A stretch of 64,000 nt of DNA from Trypanosoma brucei (lineage: Eukaryota). The notes below the pieces were generated by a model, which searched no databases, had not been told where the DNA came from, and saw only the letters and a list, made by a program, of their open reading frames with translations. The position numbers and the translations under genes are program-made. The stretch covers positions 2,720,001 to 2,784,000 of the forward strand of contig CM000208.1 of the NCBI GenBank assembly GCA_000002445.1. The letters are read 5' to 3'. Shown here one piece after another: positions 34,201-43,122 of this stretch. Every line of letters begins with the position of its first letter. The first letter of the stretch is position 1.

Positions 34201-36355
34201 CACCACTTCGCGCATCGTTAAGATATTTCCTCTGCGTACTGTCGGTGAACATATCCTAATGTCTGTTCACGCAGACGGCACTGTAGCTCTGTGGCACACA
34301 CTGCGGCGTACAATGATGGGGGTTGTAAGCTTGCGATCTGCTTTTCCCGTAAAGGGCCTTGAAGTGGGTCTGACGCACGCAGCAGCGGACACCGGTGGAC
34401 AGTACTTCGTGTTTTCAGATGAGCAGGGTAACATTCATGTGTGCAGTATTCTGCTGCGCGAGACACGCGACGATGCCTCCATGTTTGAGACGTGTGTCAC
34501 TTTGGTGCACGATGATGATAAGAAACCTACTGTCAGTTGGCCGGGATCCCCTTTTTGTACTGACGGAGTTCCACCTGTTTTCGGGCCAATGGACGGCGTA
34601 ACATGTGGGGGGGATGATGCTGCGAACTCCTCTGGGGAGGTAAAGCAGCAAACTGGGTCTTTGCGACCAAGATCACTGGACACAGAGAAGACCCTCTATA
34701 CGTTTAGCCGATTCCGCCGTGAATACGTGTTTCATTGTGGGTTTAATGCGGTGACTGGTCTTGCCCTGGTGGATGACCCCAAGGAGATCACTGTGCGGAC
34801 ATATGGGCAGGAACCAGAGGAGGCTGCAGGGCAGGACGTTGGAGAGGAGGATTGTTCTGATATCGGTGGGTTGCATCTTGGAGCCTCAACCAGCTCTCTT
34901 TGTGACGTTGACAGCACGCAGAATTTGCTTTTACCCTCTGTAGATCTCTCGTCCACAATGATGATCACAGTGTCTTCCGGAGTAGATAACCTCACCAGGG
35001 TGTTCATGTTAGATGGTTTAATAGTTGGTGAGTGTGGGATGAACACGTGGGTCGCGGGGAAGGAGTCAACGTACCAGTTTCTTAGTGTCAAACCGTCTAG
35101 GAGGCTACCTCCTCACTCCTGCAGTGCCGATCCTATAAATTTTCTGGCAGAAGCCTTGTCGTCGGATAAGGCTGGCGCCTCAAAGCAGATGCGCAGCAAC
35201 TGGAATTCAAGGGGAGGCGTTCCCCGGTCCGACTGCCAAACTGGACAAGACAATGCTGCATCGGTTATATGTGAGGCTGGGTTGCCTACCTTTCAGAATA
35301 TTGGTGTAGCATTGGTAGATAGTGCTGGTGGTGAGCGCACCCCGATGGTCCAATTAAGCAGTGATCCTGTCGAACGGGAGCCATCGGTAAAACCGCAGCA
35401 ACAAAGCTGTCAGATACAGGGAGAAGAACCAGGCTCTGATAAAGTGCAGGGGGCTGCATCACCAAGGGCGCTTTCCACTTTTATGAGGCCGCAACGATCC
35501 CGTGAAGCGATGCTCAAGGGTCTGGTGAAACCCAAATTTATTAATGCCTTACGCGGAATACCAGTGGAGGAAGGAGGGGAGGAGTTGGCGTCCTTCATTA
35601 TTAGCCCGGTGTCAAGAAGCGGTGGGAAGAAGCAGCACCGAGCTGACCAGGCGAGTGAGCACTCACACACCCTTTATTCAAGAAATGGAAGCGCCATTAA
35701 CCAAACGCCTGCTTCAGTGCGCCACGCAACAGAGTTAAGTGTCTCAGAAGTGCAGCAAAGCGGGGCGCAGGATGGTCGGCCAGTGCCTTCGCAACCCGCC
35801 CTTGCGGCTGGGCTCCCCACTCCGCACCAGGCAAGCCGCCAGCTGAGAACTCACTCGTGGGCAGTCCAGGGACGAAGGTGTCCTACAACTTCGCACGACG
35901 TAGACACGACACCTGCACTCACTAAGACACACGCGGGACCCCACCAATCGTCTGGTGGTGGAGTTAATAACGTCTCGTTGGAGGGGGACACATCACCCCG
36001 TGGGGCTCTGCACGAGCATATCGATTCGCGGCGTCGGCATTTGCTTTCGCTTGGGTGTAAGGACCCTGTGGTCCTTGCAGTGCCTTGTACTACAAACACC
36101 AACACCAAGGGGGAATCTACAGCGGTGAGTGGATCTGATCGTAAACGTAACACGGCTTCTGGTTCAACTGCTCTGTTACGTCGAATACAGGGTAACTCTA
36201 TTTTAGAGGCGAGGTCTCGTGTTGCGCAGATAACTTCCAGGCTATTGATGGCGCCCGTTGAAGAAATTGTGCCACCAAAGGGAACACGCGTTAAGGAGCA
36301 GACAACCGCATGGAAGAATGTGGTTAAGAACGCAACCAGCGCCTCACAACAATAA
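31262..36355 (+). CDS. giant WD40-repeat protein (~1697 aa) with an N-terminal EF-hand-like segment
   Basis: EF-hand-like region DEFSQAVRRLVPAAGDDEIMDLMKRVDYEAKGTISWDDFATFLV. Multiple WD-like blades follow: LLTGGSEGTVRAWNL, LLATAGGEVRFYSI, LLTASDDGYVKMTSFDTG, LVTVGPERHGIVWDLS, IVTVGADGVIFIFE, LIITVDSEGLVMTWK, ILMSVHADGTVALWH. The polypyrimidine tract at 31123-31176 precedes the ATG. Confidence 0.75.
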   Translation: MNRSPVNFSEKNAHGDEPVTAPRVKQYGGVEPRDMYSLPSVSVRSTPALMTSVDSCNRSPQCRRPSLTPRHTCNAVFAGTQAHGERKDRRLMVLAPPKESDGPRCIRLAPNGTLGSVHFESTNATGNRDTAAGEEGLDESGAYSQSSDVPPLEEQLCLEDLQRLMLVFSSTPSLPPVNDDASFERMTDFRRCGAALPSQANSSCTNTETNVKEDQSQGEQAASVEENVGKAGSLVPKRSFIVERRNKPRGALTVNSRSGLKFVFENKEELQRVLTQAWDCNQNFDRTYSRALSEDEFSQAVRRLVPAAGDDEIMDLMKRVDYEAKGTISWDDFATFLVSQGRHHSNLSQGTFGEFSNVPDPESCFPSQQHVNGTCMEADGQRNILLTGGSEGTVRAWNLNTLASCGVVFSGDCWVVGVHWANHIQGIIIVTMDRRVMILDSKTLEVRRLFRGRPVVDTFEGYMYAHDSVETVRVGASVGSKSGKLGNRNGGLPGRPSQRKKDVDGSGKPKPAPGTGNMFGGTAKGSCVQCHVEECTFAGLVDAVTCSLYHRTASNEDMLLLATAGGEVRFYSIPRTTKRVVTPHVVLLLHEKRINKMSIFYNSNALLTASDDGYVKMTSFDTGGMLRTFPTSGPSPHAAVHDFDINPNLRMLVTVGPERHGIVWDLSLDVPMATLDSHNGPCRCCAMQLDQRQIVTVGADGVIFIFEAQGFRLIQIIGVDRLHPQRVVSDPLRKRIICLAAFPYSHGRNRNMALAYSSKYKGHMAPMVGVMYSAIHDLIITVDSEGLVMTWKRATGGSSFTFQIKEFSDSAVMNAARLTCFALDKLERRLLTGFNNGAAAVWNLMNGQTTNVITAAAEGTQPSTVAPGVTALGTLMREGLTFFIFAAGGCLYSTRESSTFTIASASKWEVPAHFGEVLHIMAVSPHCIVCGTSYGALFFYRVLAERQEGSVLWVMETVDMLARSTCNVSEARRGEQPSTATTSRIVKIFPLRTVGEHILMSVHADGTVALWHTLRRTMMGVVSLRSAFPVKGLEVGLTHAAADTGGQYFVFSDEQGNIHVCSILLRETRDDASMFETCVTLVHDDDKKPTVSWPGSPFCTDGVPPVFGPMDGVTCGGDDAANSSGEVKQQTGSLRPRSLDTEKTLYTFSRFRREYVFHCGFNAVTGLALVDDPKEITVRTYGQEPEEAAGQDVGEEDCSDIGGLHLGASTSSLCDVDSTQNLLLPSVDLSSTMMITVSSGVDNLTRVFMLDGLIVGECGMNTWVAGKESTYQFLSVKPSRRLPPHSCSADPINFLAEALSSDKAGASKQMRSNWNSRGGVPRSDCQTGQDNAASVICEAGLPTFQNIGVALVDSAGGERTPMVQLSSDPVEREPSVKPQQQSCQIQGEEPGSDKVQGAASPRALSTFMRPQRSREAMLKGLVKPKFINALRGIPVEEGGEELASFIISPVSRSGGKKQHRADQASEHSHTLYSRNGSAINQTPASVRHATELSVSEVQQSGAQDGRPVPSQPALAAGLPTPHQASRQLRTHSWAVQGRRCPTTSHDVDTTPALTKTHAGPHQSSGGGVNNVSLEGDTSPRGALHEHIDSRRRHLLSLGCKDPVVLAVPCTTNTNTKGESTAVSGSDRKRNTASGSTALLRRIQGNSILEARSRVAQITSRLLMAPVEEIVPPKGTRVKEQTTAWKNVVKNATSASQQ

Positions 36356-36783
36356 CGGGACTGACAGCCAGATATGCTGAGCTAGGTCTTTTCTTTCAGG
36401 TTCCCATCTTTTTTTTGTTTCCTTCCTTTCCTTTCCTTTACGTAGCGTCGTGCTTTTGAGATGTAAAGTGGACTGTGTCAAAATCTTTCCTTTTCCTCCC
36501 CGTTTTCGACTTTTATTTATTGTTTCCATACCACAAGTTAGTCTGACCTTCTTACTCATTTGCGTTGCACTCCTTCTCAGTGCCCCGTGTCGTGATGGAG
36601 TGTGTATTTGTCTGTAGAAGGAAGAATTCTATGTTTTGCTGCCCTTTTGGTGCTGGTGTCTGGCCGCTGCGTGCATTGGATAGCGTGCCTTTCTTGTTTC
36701 CTCTTCCTTCTACTTTTTGCTCCCCTTCTCAGAAGAGTACCAAAGGCATAAATTCACTTGAATTCACGCGCAGTTTTGGATGC

Positions 36784-36826
36784 ACATACACACACACACA
36801 AACACAAACAGACAAACAAACACACA
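36784..36826. repeat. (CA)n/(CAAA)n microsatellite
   Basis: cacatacacacacacacaaacacaaacagacaaacaaacacaca. Confidence 0.9.
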
Positions 36827-37520
36827 TGTGATCACTTGGTGACGGGTGTCTTTAGGGGTATGTCTTAGGCACGTTCATATGGATGAGTGATGTCGTGTGG
36901 CGTTCTATTCTGAATTTTACACTAGCGGTGTCCCGAAATTGGGGTAAAAGGTGGTGAGTGATAAGAGGTGAAGGTGCCCATAATAGTTAAATAGAAATTT
37001 GGGAAAGGGGAATGGTACGGGTGAGTGGAGGTTGTGCTTGGAGGAGAGTGGCCCGATGCATCGGAGGTGGCGAACATGTAGGTAAGGGAGCAGTTAGGTG
37101 GTCAGGTTGGTATGGCAAATCCCACACCACTTGGCAGTCGATTCCTTCAGGGACGTGCGATTTATCTCCCCCTTTCCTCAGCCGTGCAGGTAACCGACAT
37201 AAAATAAAGAAACGTTTCCTTTTAGCATATTCTCGCGTCGGTGTCTCAGTACTCGTGCGGGGTTTCCATCCCCTTTGCTTGCTCCCACGAAAATTGTTGA
37301 TTTAAAGTTTTTTCAATTCTGTGTTCAAGTGCCTGATTTTTGCTATAGGAAAGAGGGTAAACGACAGTTCAGCAACTCTCCGACCGCGGTCACCAGGGAA
37401 AAGACAAGTTAACATCAGATAATAATAACGAGCAGCACTCTAGAGAGGAATATATAAGACACACGAGCCACGGGAACAGCAAGGGTTAAAAGAACCCTAC
37501 CTACGTATAGCATTTTCACA

Positions 37521-38807
37521 ATGAAGCCAATTATAAAGTCGATCCTTGATACAGATGCGTACAAGTTACACATGCAGCAGGCTGTCTTTCATTTCTATCC
37601 CACAATTCACGTTGTTTACGAGTTTCAGTGCCGCAGTTCGGAGAACAAATTGGGTGATGCTGCAGATGCTATTCGAGAGCAGGTAGACCTCATGCGGCAC
37701 GTTGCCTTGACAGATGATGAATATGCTTACCTCTCAACCAAACGTTACCTCAAAAAGGATTACCTTGACTGGCTTCGTGAGTACAGGTTCAAGCCAGATC
37801 AAGTCATTATTGATGCTGTTCCGAAGACTCGGTGCAACGGGGAGACGAATATAACGTATCGGGAGCTCGCCATCACAATCAAAGGTCCATGGGTGGAAAC
37901 TATATTATGGGAAGTGCCGTTACTAGCGATTGTGTGTGAAGTAGTGCATAGCAAGCGGACGCAACATATTGGGGCTGCCGAGGCAGTTGAACACCTCAAT
38001 GCGAAGTTGGATAAACTTTTTGCTACATACGTGAATGGTGAACTAGACATGTTTCGGGTCACGGATTTTGGGACACGACGGCGCTACAGCTTCGATGTGC
38101 AGGAAGCCATTGTCAGGACGTTGCAGTCGCATCCATCATTTGGACGGAACTTTTCTGGCACGAGCAATTACCATTTGGCGATGAAGCTGGGTCTACCGGC
38201 GGTAGGGACGCAGGCACACGAGTGGTTTCAGGCCCATCAGCAGCTTTCCCCAGTTCTACGGGATTTCCAGCGCGTGGCTCTTAAGCAGTGGTTGCTAGAG
38301 TACCCTCAAGATCTTCACATCGCACTCACCGACTGTATTTCAATGGACGGTTTTCTGGGTGACTTTGATGCTGACCTCGCACAAGCGTACGTCGGCTTGC
38401 GGCACGATTCGGGTAATCCATATGTTTGGGGTCGCAAGGCCATTGAGCATTATAAGCGATTCAATATTGATCCGAAGTTGAAGACGCTTGTCTTTTCCGA
38501 TTCTCTTGACCTTGAGAGGGCCGCAAAACTGCATTGTACCTTTGCGCAGGAGTCAAATGTCATGTGTGGTATCGGAACCCAACTCACGTGCTCCATCCCC
38601 GGTGTGCAACCGCTGAGCATTGTGATTAAGATGACAGAATGCGATGGGAAGCCTGTTGCAAAGATATCTGATGAACCAGAGAAAACTACATTTAGGGATT
38701 TGGACTATGTTCAATTGTTAGGGCGAACATTCAATGTGGAATTGCAGGATATGATTGATGCGGGTTGTGGTAGGAGCGCTGTTCACCACCCAACACAGGT
38801 ACAATGA
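37521..38807 (+). CDS. pncB: nicotinate phosphoribosyltransferase, bacterial PncB type (NAD salvage)
   Basis: N-terminus MKPIIKSILDTDAYKLHMQQAVFHFYPTIHVVYEFQCR and the internal blocks GPWVETILWEVPLLAIVCE, FGTRRRYSFDVQEAIV, GTSNYHLAMKLGLPAVGTQAHEWFQAHQQ, GLRHDSGNP, LVFSDSLDL and GKPVAKISDEPEKTT follow E. coli-type PncB block for block (recalled from memory as LLDTDAYKLHMQQAVFHHY..., GPWREVILWEVPLLAV, FGTRRRFS, GTSNY.LA..L.L...GTQAHEWFQAHQQ, GLRHDSGDP, VFSD.LDL, GKPVAKLSDSPGKT). Length (428 aa) matches the bacterial enzyme. Confidence 0.93.
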   Translation: MKPIIKSILDTDAYKLHMQQAVFHFYPTIHVVYEFQCRSSENKLGDAADAIREQVDLMRHVALTDDEYAYLSTKRYLKKDYLDWLREYRFKPDQVIIDAVPKTRCNGETNITYRELAITIKGPWVETILWEVPLLAIVCEVVHSKRTQHIGAAEAVEHLNAKLDKLFATYVNGELDMFRVTDFGTRRRYSFDVQEAIVRTLQSHPSFGRNFSGTSNYHLAMKLGLPAVGTQAHEWFQAHQQLSPVLRDFQRVALKQWLLEYPQDLHIALTDCISMDGFLGDFDADLAQAYVGLRHDSGNPYVWGRKAIEHYKRFNIDPKLKTLVFSDSLDLERAAKLHCTFAQESNVMCGIGTQLTCSIPGVQPLSIVIKMTECDGKPVAKISDEPEKTTFRDLDYVQLLGRTFNVELQDMIDAGCGRSAVHHPTQVQ

Positions 38808-40429
38808 CAAAATTGGAAGGTTGAGCAAGTGCTCATGAATTCAAGAGAATAAGGAAGAGTCGCCGATGGTTTCTCCATATATTCCTTTTTTGTCTTTGGC
38901 TCTCTCGCCTAATTTGTTTGCTAATTTTAAAAATTTATCTTGTCTTGTTGGTATACGTTTTTTCATTTCATTTCATCTCTCAGTTTTTTTTTTTCGCTTA
39001 GGCACTTCACACGTATTTTTAAGGTATGGTTTTCACTTTGTTTTGCGTGTGCGTGTGTTTTGTGCTCGGATACTGGTGTTTACATGTAGCGCTGTGTGTT
39101 GAAACAGGGTATGTGTGTGGGGAAAACGCTGATTTTACATTGCTTCTCTCATTTGATGTTGTGCCGCTTGCTGCTGTTCGGCTTGAATCTGTTAATGCCT
39201 GTCCCTGCATCCCTGCGCTCCTCTTATCCGCATTGTACGCTCAATGGGAGCTTCACAGAGAGAAACATTAGGAGGAATGTTGTGGGATTGAAGGAAAGTG
39301 CTTCTTTTTCATTCTCTAACCATTATTTTCATCTTCAAGTGCCCTCGTGTGTCACTAGCATGAGGGACAAAGCACAATATGACGTGCCGAATGGCGGGGC
39401 GTATCGCTGAGAAGTTGTTGTCACGGCAATAATATGATGTGGATACGGTGCAGCACAGTAGTTGAGGGCATTGATAGAGTTGGGTGGATTATTTTCTTTT
39501 TCATTTTGCTTTCCCAGACACTGAAATGGGAGTCGGTGCGTGGCGCCAACACTACCCTCACTTGCGCCTCGTGAAGGTCTATCGTGTGACATATGGTGCT
39601 GCAAAGCTGTTCGGTCATTTATCCCTCTTCGCTCGGAAATTACCTTTCTTCCGCTGCTGTTCTGTGATCTTGGTAGCTCGTAAACACTTCAAAGTGCAAA
39701 ATTCCTAATCCTTATGGCCATGCAACTGCTCACTTTTTTTTTCTTCTTGATCGACGTCGGGCCGAAGCTTCTGCTATCCCTTCTAGAAGCGCGTGTATAC
39801 TTCTATATATTCTAACTATCGAGTAAAGGGTAATAATACTGCTGTCTGCACCACGACCTAATGAAAGCTTATGGAGAAAACCGAGACATGTAGAGGGGTC
39901 CTCAGTCGGTTGCCGCGCTTCCCCCTTCCGCTATTGTGGATACCCTCCTAAACAATCTTTCGTGTGCAACAATTCCCACACTTTTATTTTCTTTTTAAAT
40001 CAATGTTTATCAGCTCGGTGGCAACGTAGCGATAAGCTCGTGAGCGCAAATTGCCGTGCCTGCGCTCAGGCGTTAAGCATTTGTTATTTAATAGCGGTTC
40101 TAATAATATTTTTTGTTTCGTCTTTTTTGGTTTGCTGGGATGTGGCGCCGTGCATTCGTTTAGGACTCTACGCGCCCGCCCTTTGGGGAATCCGCGACAC
40201 GCAGTATATGTGAGGGAAATTTGATATTCGCTATCCCGTTGCATTCATTCTAGAATAGTGACGAGGGAAAGAGGTTAGGGGGAACAGTTGGGCGGTTTGC
40301 TTGGTTCTATCGAATAACTGCCACTTTTCTCCTCCCATCTTTTAGTTGACGTACTTTTCTTCGATTTCCTTCACCATTTTTCAGTGTTCCCTTCCTCTTC
40401 GCTCTCTCCTTTTATTATGAAATAGAGTG

Positions 40430-42229
40430 ATGGAGTATTCGTCAGATGCAGTGTTGAATGGATATGCTTTACTAGTTTGGTGTGCTCCATCTGTTAAAGA
40501 GGAGGGGGATACTTTTTTGCGTGCTTTCTTCTTGCGGCGCTTTCAAGGGACAGTGGCCGCTTCACCCGCCAGTATTGTTTTCGCAACGCCCAATGGTTCA
40601 CATAAAACCACCTTTTGGGGTGCCGATGGCGAAGGGGGTGCGGAGCCCCCCGACCGTGGAAGCGAGGCGTTGGTATTTTTCCGCGAGCGAGAGGGGGTTA
40701 AAATTGTTTTGTCAGGCATCGTTCAGCGCATACTGCATGAGAAGGAGCCACACAGCGGGGTAGAGCTGCTGCGTGGGTATGTGTTCTTGGGTACTGATCG
40801 TTTGTTAGTTGAAGGTGTTTTTCACCCGACGAGTTGCGCTGTGGGTGCGGGGGGAACAGAAGTCAGTGGGAGAGCCAATACGTCAGGTAGTGATGACAGC
40901 TTGTGGAGACGGCGAGTGTGCACCGACTCATGCTCACAATCATTAATGGGTTGGGGTCAACCGCGGGCTGAAGTTGTCGGAATGGGACGGGACGAGACTG
41001 TTGATTATAATCGCGTTACTGATTCTTACCTGGGAGGTGGAGGAGACTTTGCCGCCACTCCTTCCCAGGGTTGTGATAATAAGAATCATAGTGACCCCCA
41101 GTGCAATTCTTACCATGGGAAATCGAGAGAACACAATCGTGGGGGACGTATTGTTTTGCGCGTGACATTTGTGTGCTTGCTCGGCCGCTGCAAGGGTCTG
41201 CACGAGGGCGGGCACGGTGGTTGCCACTCAACTGGTGTCTCCACCCACGTTGTTTTTAAACTTCTGCGTGGTACTTGCTTCCCGCGGGGCATTATTATGT
41301 TTCCTCCGAGATTACTTGGTTGTACCGATGGGGTTATGGGCGGGGATGGGGCCTGGGGGGTTGATGCCGTCGTGGAAGTGGAGGATGCGGAGGCTGCAAA
41401 TTCCGTTGTTGATTCTTTCGACGGTTCCTTACTCGAGCTCGTAAAACCAGGCCCAAACTCAGACGAAGTGGAGTTTAGGTTTCGTTTGTTTGTGCGCGAG
41501 GACCGGCCTGGGGTGGAGCAGAAGCTTTCAATTCCATTCAACACTGAGTCAGAGTTAAGCATAACTCCAAGTAACTTGCTTCAGATGGGTGGGTCGTTTC
41601 GTTGTGAAAAGTATTCCGTCGAGCCAGCTGATACGGCAGCCAACGGGAGGTGGAACGCTGCTGTGGTACGTGCAAATGGCATAGCCGATAATCTTGTAGG
41701 GTTGGGGAGTATACAACATTTTTCAAGGGACCTAGCCCCTGGTCACCAGGGGATGAATTATGGGCACGACGCAGGCCTTAGCCGATCCCCTGAGCGGGGC
41801 TACGATAGCGTGCAGCGAAGCCGAAATCGCAGTCGAGGGCGGAGTCGGAGCCGGAGCCGAAGTCGAAGCCGCAGACGTGCTCGAAGGCGGGACCGGAGCC
41901 GCAGCCAACACCGAAGCCGAGTTCGCAGCCGCAGCCGCAGCCGCAGCGGGCGACGGGGGCGCCGGCGAGCTCACGGTCGAAGTCGAAGTCGAAATCGCAG
42001 TCGAGGGCGGAGCCGAATCCGAACTCGTGGCCGTAAGCGAAGTCGTAGCTCTAGCCGTGGCTCTTGGTACAGCTACAGCTCTGCCTCCAACTCTGATCGC
42101 AGCCGTAGTCGCAGTCCTAGTTTGAGTCGCAGTCGAACACGGAGTAGTGGAAAAGCTCGTAGGAGCGAGAATGTTGGTGACGATGAAATAAGTAAGAAAT
42201 GTGCTCTTACCCATCACCGTTATCAATAG
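40430..42229 (+). CDS. Arg/Ser-repeat (RS-domain) protein with a ~120-aa C-terminal RS/RSRS tract. No canonical RRM is evident.
   Basis: The C-terminus is RSRNRSRGRSRSRSRSRSRRRARRRDRSRSQHRSRVRSRSRSRSGRRGRRRAHGRSRSRNRSRGRSRIRTRGRKRSRSSSRG...SRSRSPSLSRSRTRS. The track start 40427 is a GTG, and the ATG is at 40430. The N-terminal ~470 aa are non-repetitive with only weak RNP1-like hints (LRGYVFLG). The coding DNA carries an internal near-exact direct repeat (cgaaatcgcagtcgagggcggag at about 41820 and about 41988). Confidence 0.7.
   Translation: MEYSSDAVLNGYALLVWCAPSVKEEGDTFLRAFFLRRFQGTVAASPASIVFATPNGSHKTTFWGADGEGGAEPPDRGSEALVFFREREGVKIVLSGIVQRILHEKEPHSGVELLRGYVFLGTDRLLVEGVFHPTSCAVGAGGTEVSGRANTSGSDDSLWRRRVCTDSCSQSLMGWGQPRAEVVGMGRDETVDYNRVTDSYLGGGGDFAATPSQGCDNKNHSDPQCNSYHGKSREHNRGGRIVLRVTFVCLLGRCKGLHEGGHGGCHSTGVSTHVVFKLLRGTCFPRGIIMFPPRLLGCTDGVMGGDGAWGVDAVVEVEDAEAANSVVDSFDGSLLELVKPGPNSDEVEFRFRLFVREDRPGVEQKLSIPFNTESELSITPSNLLQMGGSFRCEKYSVEPADTAANGRWNAAVVRANGIADNLVGLGSIQHFSRDLAPGHQGMNYGHDAGLSRSPERGYDSVQRSRNRSRGRSRSRSRSRSRRRARRRDRSRSQHRSRVRSRSRSRSGRRGRRRAHGRSRSRNRSRGRSRIRTRGRKRSRSSSRGSWYSYSSASNSDRSRSRSPSLSRSRTRSSGKARRSENVGDDEISKKCALTHHRYQ
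41815..42015 (+). repeat. internal direct duplication within the RS-domain coding region (the unit contains cgaaatcgcagtcgagggcggag)
   Basis: The same ~23-nt string occurs at about 41820 and about 41988. The surrounding sequence is imperfect (CGN-AGC)n-like Arg/Ser codon repeats. This generates the artefactual antisense ORFs 41732..42250 and 41760..42125. Confidence 0.7.
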
Positions 42230-43122
42230 CCGAGGACTCGCCAATGCCAAGGAACTTTGTACGAATCATTCAACTGAAGCTATTTTACTTCACGCATCTC
42301 GTGTGCCGTTGGATTTGTGATAAACCCTTTTTTCCTTTTTAACCACTCTCGGGGGAATATGGAAGTTATCGCCGTGTCTATTAGAGTTCCCAAAAGAACC
42401 ACGGTCGCCTCGCTGTGGATTCCCCTGCTAATGTAGTTGATGTAACCCTTTTTGATGATAGTTGCGATGAGGGTTGTAGGCCGCATGAATGGGGATGATC
42501 CATGTTTTTGTAATAGCCTCCGCGTGAGTGTTTCAGACTTCTTTTTCGTGCTCCTATGTGTACTGGAACGCATTGCTGTGTTGCTTTTGTGGTTGGCAAG
42601 AAGACAAAAATTAACTGATCTTTATGCAGAGGGGGGGGGTACCACACATCGTAAGTAACAGCTTCCAGAGTGTGTGGGAAGGTAGACAATAAAACGTGAT
42701 GCGGGGAATTTCTTGTTAACTTCGTTGTGATTGGAAGAGGGGGTAAACCACGAGGTAAACGACACCTTTTTTGTTCAGTAGTTTCTTTAAAGCATAGCGT
42801 TGACTATATGGAATGCAACCTATGTACGAGAGTGCTCTTGGTTCGGCACTTTACCGCGCGTCAAATTACAATTGAATCGCATCCACACCAGGTATGCATT
42901 AATTCATCTACAATGAAGTTCACATATAGTTTTATATGCTTCCCCGGTGTGCATTTTTTGTGAGTGGACTTGGTGTCTAAGTATTATTGCATCAATACAG
43001 TCAAAAGACACTAGTCAGCCTATTGCATCTACTCTTTTTTTTTTTTAACTTTTTACCCCATTCCCTTCAGGTAAAGTGTGCGGTGAGTTAAGTGTCCCTA
43101 CCGAACCGTTGACTTAGGGAGA

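Noticed and set aside
41732-42250. Minus-strand 172-aa Ala/Ser/Thr-rich ORF, and the plus-strand frame-shifted 121-aa Ala/Gly/Glu ORF (41760..42125), overlapping the RS-domain gene
   Set aside because: They are generated by the (CGN/AGC)n-type codon periodicity of the Arg/Ser repeat. Any frame of such DNA is open. They have no start context or independent signal.
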